A DNA stretch of 64,000 nucleotides from Candidatus Poribacteria bacterium (GTDB lineage: Bacteria > Poribacteria > WGA-4E > WGA-3G), in assembly GCA_963665235.2 (NCBI GenBank), contig CAXXLX010000001.1:2016001-2080000 (forward strand). The letters run 5' to 3'. Shown here piece by piece: positions 41,725 to 49,722 of the stretch. Position numbers and translations under genes: made by a program. The notes under the pieces are model-generated. The model searched no databases and had not been told where the DNA came from. It was given only the letters and a program-made list of their open reading frames with translations. Every line of letters begins with the position of its first letter. Positions within the stretch are counted from its first letter, which is position 1.

Positions 41725-42875
41725 TTTAATAGGCTCAATTGTTCGTAATTTTCGGGACCGGTTCTTGAAAGAACGACCTCACCCACTGTTAAACCTGTTT
41801 CAAGTAGTTTTCGAATAGGTTTAGTATCCCAAGCAACGTTGACGACTGTTTCGGTTTGTGTAGGCGTAAGTATTAGCACCTCTGTCGCGTCAATGCCTGG
41901 TTCTGTAAGAAGCGCGTCGCTGTGTGTGCTAATAAAGACCTGCCGTTGCCTGATTTTTTGCATCTGGGAAATTAAAGGTGCCAGTTGGGAAACGATTCCA
42001 AGATTCAATGAAAGCTCCGGCTCCTCTAATAGGAGAACTGAATCGCTTTCAAGAAGCGACCACAAGAGCCCGATAAACCGGAGGGTGCCATCAGAAAACT
42101 GATCTTCTCGTTGCCACATTCCTTGTGCGCGCCAGTGGGAATAAAGTGCTCGCAAATGTGGACGTCCCGTGATTTCATCGCGAACAAGCTCCAACTGTTT
42201 AAACTGCGGTACAGCGATCTGGAGTGCCGATTCAATCTTTTTCAATCGTGAACGTCGTGTTTTTTCTGGGACGCTTGCAACCCGTTCAAGAAACCCCTGT
42301 CCAAACGGATCGGCTTCAACAAGCCTGCCCTGAATTGAATCTGCAAAACGGAGCAGCTGCGGCACTAAATGCAGATACGTAATGTTTCCGAAGAATTGTG
42401 CAATCTCTCGAAACTTGGCGTTCGTATTGATTTGTTCAAGAAACGTCTGGGTGAGGCGCGCTGGGTCTGCGGTATCCTCTGCATTTGGTCTATCAAGCAG
42501 CAATTCACCCGCTTTCCATACCCGTTCATGTGTGAGCAGGGTGCGGCGATACCCGCGCGGCTCTTGCTGAAAACCGAGCGCATATCGCCAAGTAGCAGGC
42601 GCGTCTGATGCATCCGCAATATGAACCTCAATTGAAACTTCAGGAGAACTTTTTGCTGCTAAACACCGTATCTTAGAGACACCGCCCCGGTCTTTAACAG
42701 CTTTCTGAAACCCGCCCCCTTCGGTTTTAGCAATATCGCGCAGAAACCGAAAAATATCCAGCAAATTCGATTTACCCGAAGCATTCGGCCCGACGATGAA
42801 CTGCCGTTCCCTGAGCGGCACATCTATCTGTTGAAAGTTTCGCCAGTTTTTGGCGATAAGATGTTTGATAATCAT
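41715..42875 (-). CDS. AAA_21-type ABC-like ATPase
   Basis: NWRNF, GPNASGKSN, FSDGTLR, LLEEPELSL, STHS. Confidence 0.92.
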   Translation of the reverse strand: MIIKHLIAKNWRNFQQIDVPLRERQFIVGPNASGKSNLLDIFRFLRDIAKTEGGGFQKAVKDRGGVSKIRCLAAKSSPEVSIEVHIADASDAPATWRYALGFQQEPRGYRRTLLTHERVWKAGELLLDRPNAEDTADPARLTQTFLEQINTNAKFREIAQFFGNITYLHLVPQLLRFADSIQGRLVEADPFGQGFLERVASVPEKTRRSRLKKIESALQIAVPQFKQLELVRDEITGRPHLRALYSHWRAQGMWQREDQFSDGTLRFIGLLWSLLESDSVLLLEEPELSLNLGIVSQLAPLISQMQKIRQRQVFISTHSDALLTEPGIDATEVLILTPTQTETVVNVAWDTKPIRKLLETGLTVGEVVLSRTGPENYEQLSLLKWD

Positions 42876-42958
42876 AAATCAAAAGTTCCCCTAAAATAGA
42901 TGCGACCCCGAACGTGATACGCAAAGTGACACAATCCGGTAATTCCGCTACTTTGTGC

Positions 42959-44194
42959 TTAGAGTTCCGCGCGTGTCATAAAGGTCGCATAGATAACAGC
43001 AGTCCGAACCAGATCGGGAATATGCACACGTTCATTTATCGCATGGGCCCCCCTACCCTGCGGCCCATAACCGATTCCCGGCAAACCTGTATTGACAAAA
43101 TAATGCAAATCGGTAAATCCCGTGGTCGGTTTAAATTGGGTACGGTTAAAACGTACAGCCTGGACCGCCTGTGCAAATGCCTCAGCAAAAGGGGATGTCA
43201 CCTCGGTTATGCACGGTTCAATCCGCAAAGTTGTGCGTACATTTGCCTTTAAATCGGAATAGTATTCGCATGCACCGGAAATTGCTTCCCGCAACTCTAG
43301 CTCAGCTAACGGAAGTTCTTCATTAGGGGTAATCCGCCGGTCAATTGAGAATGTGGCATGTGCTGGTACTGTGTTGATTTTATCGCCTTCACTTCCGTGA
43401 AACGTCCCGCCTATATTCATTGTAGGGTAACGTTCGGTGCCATCAGGAAGCGTAAAGGCCCGCTTCGGGTTTTTAAGCCCCCGTTTCAGCCGGTCCAACG
43501 TTGTCACTAGTTCCACCATTTTCTCGAAGGCGTTTATCCCATCATCGGGTTGGGAGCCGTGTGCTGCTTTACCGTTAACAGCGACCTCCATCCAGATAAC
43601 GCCGTTATGTCCGTTCCCGATGTTCGTTCCCCCCCCGCCTTCGCAATTGATAACGTAGTTTGCCTTCACTAACTCCTTTTCAATGAGATAGCCTGCACCA
43701 AGTTCCCCCCCCGTTTCCTCATCACACGTGAACGAGCATTCAACGTTAAACTGCGGTTTTACGTCCATCTCCTTAAGGGCAGTGATTGCGAACAGAAGTG
43801 CAGCGATAGCATCCTTCATATCGTCCGCCCCGCGCCCGTAAAGCCACTCCCCGTTAATTTCACCACCGAACGGATTGAAACGCCAGCCTTCTGTAACAGG
43901 CACCACATCGTAATGTGCGTTGAAATGAACCGTCTTTTCTGCACCAACATTCCACCGGGCAATAAGGTTCAGTCGGGGATGACTCCCCGCGTTTGAGATA
44001 ACCTGCTGTGCACGTAATTTTGGAACCTTCACGATTTTTGTTTTCATGTCTAAGGCATTGCACTTCGCCTCAAGTAGCCCGACAATCTCAGCATAATTTT
44101 CACCCGGCGGATTGACGGTAGGTATCCGAACAAGTTCTTGCAGCAATGCACATAGCGCGTTTCTATTGTCCTTAATATAGGTTTGTACGGACAT
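42959..44194 (-). CDS. M20-family metallopeptidase (ArgE/DapE-like)
   Basis: NAHYDVVP, GRGADDMK, DEETGG, GKAAHGS, AHAINE. Confidence 0.93.
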   Translation of the reverse strand: MSVQTYIKDNRNALCALLQELVRIPTVNPPGENYAEIVGLLEAKCNALDMKTKIVKVPKLRAQQVISNAGSHPRLNLIARWNVGAEKTVHFNAHYDVVPVTEGWRFNPFGGEINGEWLYGRGADDMKDAIAALLFAITALKEMDVKPQFNVECSFTCDEETGGELGAGYLIEKELVKANYVINCEGGGGTNIGNGHNGVIWMEVAVNGKAAHGSQPDDGINAFEKMVELVTTLDRLKRGLKNPKRAFTLPDGTERYPTMNIGGTFHGSEGDKINTVPAHATFSIDRRITPNEELPLAELELREAISGACEYYSDLKANVRTTLRIEPCITEVTSPFAEAFAQAVQAVRFNRTQFKPTTGFTDLHYFVNTGLPGIGYGPQGRGAHAINERVHIPDLVRTAVIYATFMTRAEL

Positions 44195-44222
44195 ATTCGA
44201 TGCCTCCTTCAGCAGGTAAATG

Positions 44223-44636
44223 TCAATTGACAACCGCTTGGTCACCTGCTGATAAATGTGCAACCGTTTTTCCAGTATCAGTAAAGGTGCGGGTCACATT
44301 GACAGAGGCATAGGTCCACAAAATTTTCATAGCGGTATCGCTTTCGTTCCAAAACCGGTGTGGGATGCCCGCCGGAACAAACGTCGTGTCGAAAGCTTTC
44401 ATTGTAAAAATGTCGCCATCCACTTCGCAGGTCGCTTCACCTTCCAAAATCGTGACAGATTCATCGCAGTTGTGGTAATGGCGGGCAATTGCTGCACCGG
44501 GCTCAAACATCGTCACACCGTTCGTTAAGGAGGTCGACTCGAGCCACTTCCCTGCGAGCGGCACAGTTTTTACACCGGTACCCCGGTCAATGGGAGTCTG
44601 TTCCGCAAAAGTGATAACGTGTGCACCTGTATTCAT
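44223..44636 (-). CDS. Cupin-domain protein
   Basis: HYHNCDE...PAGIPHRF. Confidence 0.9.
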   Translation of the reverse strand: MNTGAHVITFAEQTPIDRGTGVKTVPLAGKWLESTSLTNGVTMFEPGAAIARHYHNCDESVTILEGEATCEVDGDIFTMKAFDTTFVPAGIPHRFWNESDTAMKILWTYASVNVTRTFTDTGKTVAHLSAGDQAVVN

Positions 44637-44692
44637 ATCTGATATGTATCTCCTTATTATGGGTATTGGGTAGGTGTCTCCTTCCCTAGAAA

Positions 44693-44721
44693 ATTATACC
44701 TCTTATCGGTTTAAATGTCAA
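44693..44721 (-). promoter_or_regulatory. Consensus sigma70 promoter for the cupin/M20 operon
   Basis: TTGACA-N17-TATAAT. Confidence 0.75.
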
Positions 44722-44840
44722 GGTTAAATTGTGATGGTTTTCCAATTTTGAATTGCTTTTTTTTCTCAAATACGTTACAATACTTAACAATTCTATTCCA
44801 TACCACATACAGCTCGTTATTTTGCAAAAGGAGTATCACG

Positions 44841-46097
44841 ATGACCCGTTCTAACTTCAGCAGATTGTCTATAGTTATAGTTATGTGTGTCGCCCTTGTG
44901 TTTGCGACATCTTCTCAGTGTATAGCGAAAGCCAGCTTTTCAGGTAAAGTGATTGATGAGGCGGGGGAACCGGTGACTGATATTATCGTGGCACTTTCTC
45001 CTATAGCTCATGAGATGCATCACCTACACCGACATGCACCGCCGCCTGCTTTAGGGCTTGCGCTACAGAGTGAAACGGATGAGATGGGTGTGTTCAAGAT
45101 AACAGATATCGTCCCACAATCTAGGATGGTATTAGCCCTTGACCCCTTCCAAGATGAATCAGATTATGAGTTCCGGGGTATCAAAATTGGGGGCATAGCC
45201 TTCTATATCAACCATGAATTCCAATATCTAGGATTTCCATTTGCGATTGCCCCCGATGCCGAGGTAAAAGATGTAGAGATAACCGTGCTTCGCCGTATGC
45301 GAATTCGCGCGCGTGTCCTTTTGGAAGATGGCACCCCGCTCCGCGGCGCACGCGTAAACGTGGAGGTAAAACAGGGAGGCAGTCGCAGCAGTGGACCGGC
45401 TCCCTTGGATGAAGAAGGTTTCTTTGTGCGGTATCTGAACCGTCCGGGGACTTATACTGTCAATGTCTCACATCAGGGACAGACAGCAAAATCCAAACCG
45501 ATTGAGATTGAAGAGGGGCAGCGCATTGATGGCGTGGTCCTGAAGTTAGCGGAAGCGGCACCTGAAGCACAAGCGGAGCAACCGCAAAAACCGAAGCCGA
45601 GGGTTGTGATTGAGAAACCCGCTGGACAGGGACCGATGAACATACACGAATTTATTAAGTTGCAAAAAGAAGGGGTGTGGGCAATCAATCCTGAAAACCG
45701 ACACGCCTATAAAAAGGTTGAGTGCAAGTCGCTTGAGGATGCACAAACTATCGCCGATGAAGCGAACGCACATCTTGTCGCTATCAATGATGAAGCAGAA
45801 CAACGGTGGCTCCTCGCGGTGTTCGAAGAAGGAAATTTTTGGATCGGACTCAAAGCAGGGGCCGCAAAGTGGGACAACGGTGAACCGGTAACCTATACCA
45901 ATTGGAACACGCCGCAGAAACCCGCTGAGGAAGACACTGACAGTGAGGCGTATGCTGTCCTTATCGGAAAAACGCGGGCATGGGAAATTGCACGCGACGG
46001 AAGTCCCGTAGAACGTATCACCGAACATGCAATCTTAGAGAAAGCAGTATTCATCCTCGATGAACTGGTGCCAACGGACAATTCGGAAACCCGTTGA
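44841..46097 (+). CDS. Secreted protein: two carboxypeptidase-regulatory-like beta-sandwiches + C-type lectin-like domain
   Basis: Signal peptide; SGKVIDEAGEPV; AHLVAINDEAEQRWL, FWIGL, WDNGEPVTYTNW. Confidence 0.8.
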   Translation: MTRSNFSRLSIVIVMCVALVFATSSQCIAKASFSGKVIDEAGEPVTDIIVALSPIAHEMHHLHRHAPPPALGLALQSETDEMGVFKITDIVPQSRMVLALDPFQDESDYEFRGIKIGGIAFYINHEFQYLGFPFAIAPDAEVKDVEITVLRRMRIRARVLLEDGTPLRGARVNVEVKQGGSRSSGPAPLDEEGFFVRYLNRPGTYTVNVSHQGQTAKSKPIEIEEGQRIDGVVLKLAEAAPEAQAEQPQKPKPRVVIEKPAGQGPMNIHEFIKLQKEGVWAINPENRHAYKKVECKSLEDAQTIADEANAHLVAINDEAEQRWLLAVFEEGNFWIGLKAGAAKWDNGEPVTYTNWNTPQKPAEEDTDSEAYAVLIGKTRAWEIARDGSPVERITEHAILEKAVFILDELVPTDNSETR

Positions 46098-46122
46098 ATT
46101 ATATCCTATAGGAGGTCTTGAC

Positions 46123-47601
46123 ATGAAAAAAATAGCAGTCTTCATTTTGGCACTTCTGTTTGTTATCCACGGCACTGCCATTGCGGAAGAAGCCCCCGCT
46201 AAGCCTACAAACCCACAGGCCCTGAGCAGTTTTTCGGGGACGGTTGTTGATGTAAACGAAAAACCGGTTGCAGGATTTGTGTTCGCCGTTATACCGATGC
46301 ATCTCAACAATGGACACATGGAACCGGTGGATGCATCTCTAATTGGAGAGATATTTGGACGTATAGGTCGAATTCTATCCCCTAACCGAGACAAGGACGG
46401 TGAAGAAAATAAACGTTTACCCGGTACCGTTGAGACAGGGGAAGATGGAAAGTTTTCTATTCCGCGTATCTCGCCAGGGTTCGTTCAATTGATGATACAG
46501 CCAAACATACCCGGTGGTGATAAGTCAGATAAGAAAATTCTCTCGGTTCAATTCGGGCCGATCACCGTTTTTGAAAACAGAGGGGAGTTTGGGCCGGGTA
46601 TGGATGATAGACTCACGTTCGCGCTGCCCGCCGGTGTGCCGGTCAAAGACGTGAAAATCACCGTGATGCAGCGACTGCGGATTCACGCCCAGATTGTTTA
46701 TGCTGATGGGACGCCTATTGCTAACACTAACGTGAGCTTTCACATGAAGGTGAAAAGTGAGCACGGCAATAGTAGTATCGGCACTAGCGTTTCTACCAAT
46801 GCTGATGGATACTTTACGCGTTATATGGATAATCCCGGGGTTTACACCATTTCAGCGGAACATAAAGGGCTCTCTGGTGGTGCAACTCCTTTTCAACTGG
46901 ATGAGAAGCAGGCAGCACCTGAAAACCTCGTTATAAAACTCGATGGCAATCCACATGTCCCTGAGAAGGGGGCAGTCAGGAAACCGGGCTTAACGCCCGA
47001 CGGAAAGCCTGTTGATGTAAAAGCGATACCCCGAGAAATATTTGTCCCCGAGCAGGGGGAATTCGTACCGCTAGTGACACCGGAAGATATAGAGGCACGA
47101 AAGAAAGCACAGCAGAAGAAAGAACTCGAAAAAAGTGTATGGGTTGTTAACCCCGCAAATGGGCACGCTTATAAGAAAATACCGTGTACTAACTGGCACG
47201 ATGCCCAAAAAACGGCGATTAAGGAGGGCGCGCATCTCGTGTCCATTAACAACCGAGCCGAGCAGCTCTGGATACAAGTTATCTTCGGACACCAACCATT
47301 TTGGATTGGGTTGAACGATGTGGAAAAGGAGGGTGTCTGGCAGTGGGATAGCGGCGAACCCGTCACCTTCACTAATTGGACAGACCATGAAGTGTTTGGC
47401 GGGTCATCGCAGCCGGACTCCGAAAAGGATTATGTTGCGATGACGTTTCACTTCGGTGCATGGCAGGCAGTCGCACCTTCTAATAGAGATGGCAGGGGAC
47501 ACAGTCCGCTCTGGCACATTACGCGCCATGCAATCATAGAAAAGGACGGCCTAATTTCAAAGGTGCCTGAGCCAGCGGATACTACAGAGGAAGAAGAGTA
47601 G
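46123..47601 (+). CDS. Paralogous secreted C-type lectin-like domain protein
   Basis: Same architecture; AHLVSINNRAEQ, FWIGLNDVEKEGVWQWDSGEPVTFTNW. Confidence 0.82.
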   Translation: MKKIAVFILALLFVIHGTAIAEEAPAKPTNPQALSSFSGTVVDVNEKPVAGFVFAVIPMHLNNGHMEPVDASLIGEIFGRIGRILSPNRDKDGEENKRLPGTVETGEDGKFSIPRISPGFVQLMIQPNIPGGDKSDKKILSVQFGPITVFENRGEFGPGMDDRLTFALPAGVPVKDVKITVMQRLRIHAQIVYADGTPIANTNVSFHMKVKSEHGNSSIGTSVSTNADGYFTRYMDNPGVYTISAEHKGLSGGATPFQLDEKQAAPENLVIKLDGNPHVPEKGAVRKPGLTPDGKPVDVKAIPREIFVPEQGEFVPLVTPEDIEARKKAQQKKELEKSVWVVNPANGHAYKKIPCTNWHDAQKTAIKEGAHLVSINNRAEQLWIQVIFGHQPFWIGLNDVEKEGVWQWDSGEPVTFTNWTDHEVFGGSSQPDSEKDYVAMTFHFGAWQAVAPSNRDGRGHSPLWHITRHAIIEKDGLISKVPEPADTTEEEE

Positions 47602-47629
47602 TGTGTTTTCAGTTCTGCAAATATTAATC

Positions 47630-47658
47630 TTGACTTCTCTTTTGAGAGCTGCTATACT
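47630..47658 (+). promoter_or_regulatory. Sigma70-type promoter about 220 bp upstream of the LamG gene pair
   Basis: TTGACT-N17-TATACT with TG. Confidence 0.7.
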
Positions 47659-47761
47659 ATCTAACAGTAATGGTTACAAACCCATGTTCTGTATGGGTGA
47701 GTTTGGTGATGTTTTTCAACGCAAAACGTGTTCTATATTTAGAAAAGAGCTAATTTTGGGA

Positions 47762-47854
47762 GTTGCGTAGCTGTTATCGTGCACCAACCGTTTTGGTGGC
47801 AAAAATTGAGAGCTTCCGTAATCTTTTCGGAAAAGCAGCTGGCAACTACGTAAC
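47762..47854 (+). ncRNA. Candidate structured cis-regulatory leader RNA (three-way junction)
   Basis: Closing stem 47762-47776/47840-47854 encloses hairpins at 47782-47798 and 47812-47836. Confidence 0.4.
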
Positions 47855-47880
47855 CAAGACAAATAAGGAGAATTCCGAAC

Positions 47881-48654
47881 ATGAAAGTCTATAAGATGTC
47901 TGCTGTGCTTGTTGTGTTGCTGATGTTGACCGTATCAATGTCAGGTTTTGCACAAGTGCAAGAAAAAAACCTCGTCGGCTGGTGGCTTTTTGATAATGAT
48001 TCAGAGGAAACCGGCAATTGGGGAGATATAGTGTTTGAGGGTGCTGAGATTGAGAAGGGACAACTTGTCCTTGAGAGCGGAAAATGGGCACATGCCTTTG
48101 AGTATAGTGGTCCCGATATTAAAGAATTGACATTGGTCGTTTGGGTTAGTTTGGACAATCTGGATGTCAGGAGAGGTTCTGCACTGACCCTGGATCGGTG
48201 TTGTAACGTGGATCAGTTTTGTGGAATTATCTATGCTGAAAGACAACCGAGGCAATGGATGCCCGGCAGCAGTCATTTCCGACGCACGGATGATTTTCCC
48301 AATGTTGTGAATGAAGAAAAAACCGGTGAAATGCATTCCGTGGTAATAACATATAAGCTTGTCAACAACCTGTATGAGATCACCGGATATCGTAATGGCA
48401 AAAGCCTCGGCAGCTTCACAAAAGGGGATTCAAGAACATGGCGAAAAGATGAAGCTGAAGCAATCTGGGGCACGCGGCATAGCACCGGAAATGAGGATAA
48501 AGGAACCCGGGATTTCCTCGTCGCACATCTTGAAGAAGCTCGAATTTACAACGTCGCCTTGACAGAGGCGGAGGTCCAAAAACTGGAAATGGGTGGACTT
48601 GCAGTTGAAGCCCGCGATAAACTTGCAACCCGATGGGCAAAAATTAAGAGGTAG
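47881..48654 (+). CDS. Secreted LamG/concanavalin-like jelly-roll protein
   Basis: NLVGWWLFD, LEEARIYNVALT; ends AVEARDKLATRWAKIKR. Confidence 0.85.
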   Translation: MKVYKMSAVLVVLLMLTVSMSGFAQVQEKNLVGWWLFDNDSEETGNWGDIVFEGAEIEKGQLVLESGKWAHAFEYSGPDIKELTLVVWVSLDNLDVRRGSALTLDRCCNVDQFCGIIYAERQPRQWMPGSSHFRRTDDFPNVVNEEKTGEMHSVVITYKLVNNLYEITGYRNGKSLGSFTKGDSRTWRKDEAEAIWGTRHSTGNEDKGTRDFLVAHLEEARIYNVALTEAEVQKLEMGGLAVEARDKLATRWAKIKR

Positions 48655-48817
48655 TAATTGCTTCGAACGGATTAAACATCTGTCCACCGAACCGAATTCT
48701 GAAGATTCAGAGTCCTCTATTACGTCCTTTAGGGGACTCTGATGAACTCAGGGTTCCGCTAAAATGTTGTTTATTAGGTTAAGTTTCAGATTAAAAATTT
48801 TAAAAGGAGTTGTTCAC

Positions 48818-49591
48818 ATGACAACAAAAATCTACTATCTCTGTGCAGTGTTGCTCCTGCTGGGTATGCCGATGGCAGGTTTTGCACAGGTGCAAGAGGG
48901 CAACCTCGTTGGCTGGTGGCGATTTGACGATGGCACAGACCAAACCGGTAATTGGGGTGATATAGCACTTGAGGGTGCCACAATTGAGGATGGACAGCTT
49001 GTCCTTAATGATGGAAAATGGGCACATTCTATAGAATACAGTGGACCTGATATTACAGAGTTAACATTAGTGGTATGGGTTACTTTAGACAACCTGGACC
49101 TCCGAAGAGGTTCCGCACTTACGCTGGACGCGCTCACCGTGGATCAGTTCTGTGGAATTATCTATGCTGAAAGGCAACCGAGACAATGGATGCCGGGGAG
49201 TAGTCATTTCCGACGCACGGATGATTTTCCCGATGTTGTGAATGAAGACAAAACCGGCGAAATGAATCTTGTAGCCATCACATACAAGAATGTCAACAAC
49301 CAATACCAAATCACCGGTTATCGGAATGGCGAGAGTCTCGGTAGTTTTAATAAAGGCGATCTCAGAACATGGAAAGCCGGGAACGCCGAAGCCATTTGGG
49401 GAACGCGGCACACAGCAGGCACAGATAATAAACAGACTCGGAACTTCATTGCCGCACATCTTGAAGAAGCTCGAATCTACAACGTCGCTTTGACTGCTGA
49501 CGAAGTTATGAGTTTGCACGAAGGCGGACTCACACCCGTTGAACCGAAAGGCAAGCTCGCTACGCAATGGGGTGCGCTGAAAACCCGATAA
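48818..49591 (+). CDS. Secreted LamG/concanavalin-like jelly-roll protein (tandem paralog)
   Basis: Shares long identical blocks with the upstream gene; ends PVEPKGKLATQWGALKTR. Confidence 0.85.
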   Translation: MTTKIYYLCAVLLLLGMPMAGFAQVQEGNLVGWWRFDDGTDQTGNWGDIALEGATIEDGQLVLNDGKWAHSIEYSGPDITELTLVVWVTLDNLDLRRGSALTLDALTVDQFCGIIYAERQPRQWMPGSSHFRRTDDFPDVVNEDKTGEMNLVAITYKNVNNQYQITGYRNGESLGSFNKGDLRTWKAGNAEAIWGTRHTAGTDNKQTRNFIAAHLEEARIYNVALTADEVMSLHEGGLTPVEPKGKLATQWGALKTR

Positions 49592-49672
49592 TCTCTCTAA
49601 CCTCTTCAGTAGGAGCGAGCTGTGCTCGCGACCTCTATGTGCTTTGAAAACCCAATAATTTCTCTAACCCGC

Positions 49673-49720
49673 GTTCAAAGGCCGGTAGTTGAATCTACTG
49701 CTGGTCTTTGAACTTTTTCT
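49673..49720 (+). terminator. Intrinsic terminator between convergent genes
   Basis: gttcaaaggccggtag / ctgctggtctttgaac stem followed by a T tract. Confidence 0.65.
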
Positions 49721-49722
49721 TA

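Noticed and set aside
47762-47854. Known riboswitch (SAM-I, c-di-GMP, glnA)
   Set aside because: The consensus motifs I recall for these classes are absent; kept only as an unknown candidate RNA
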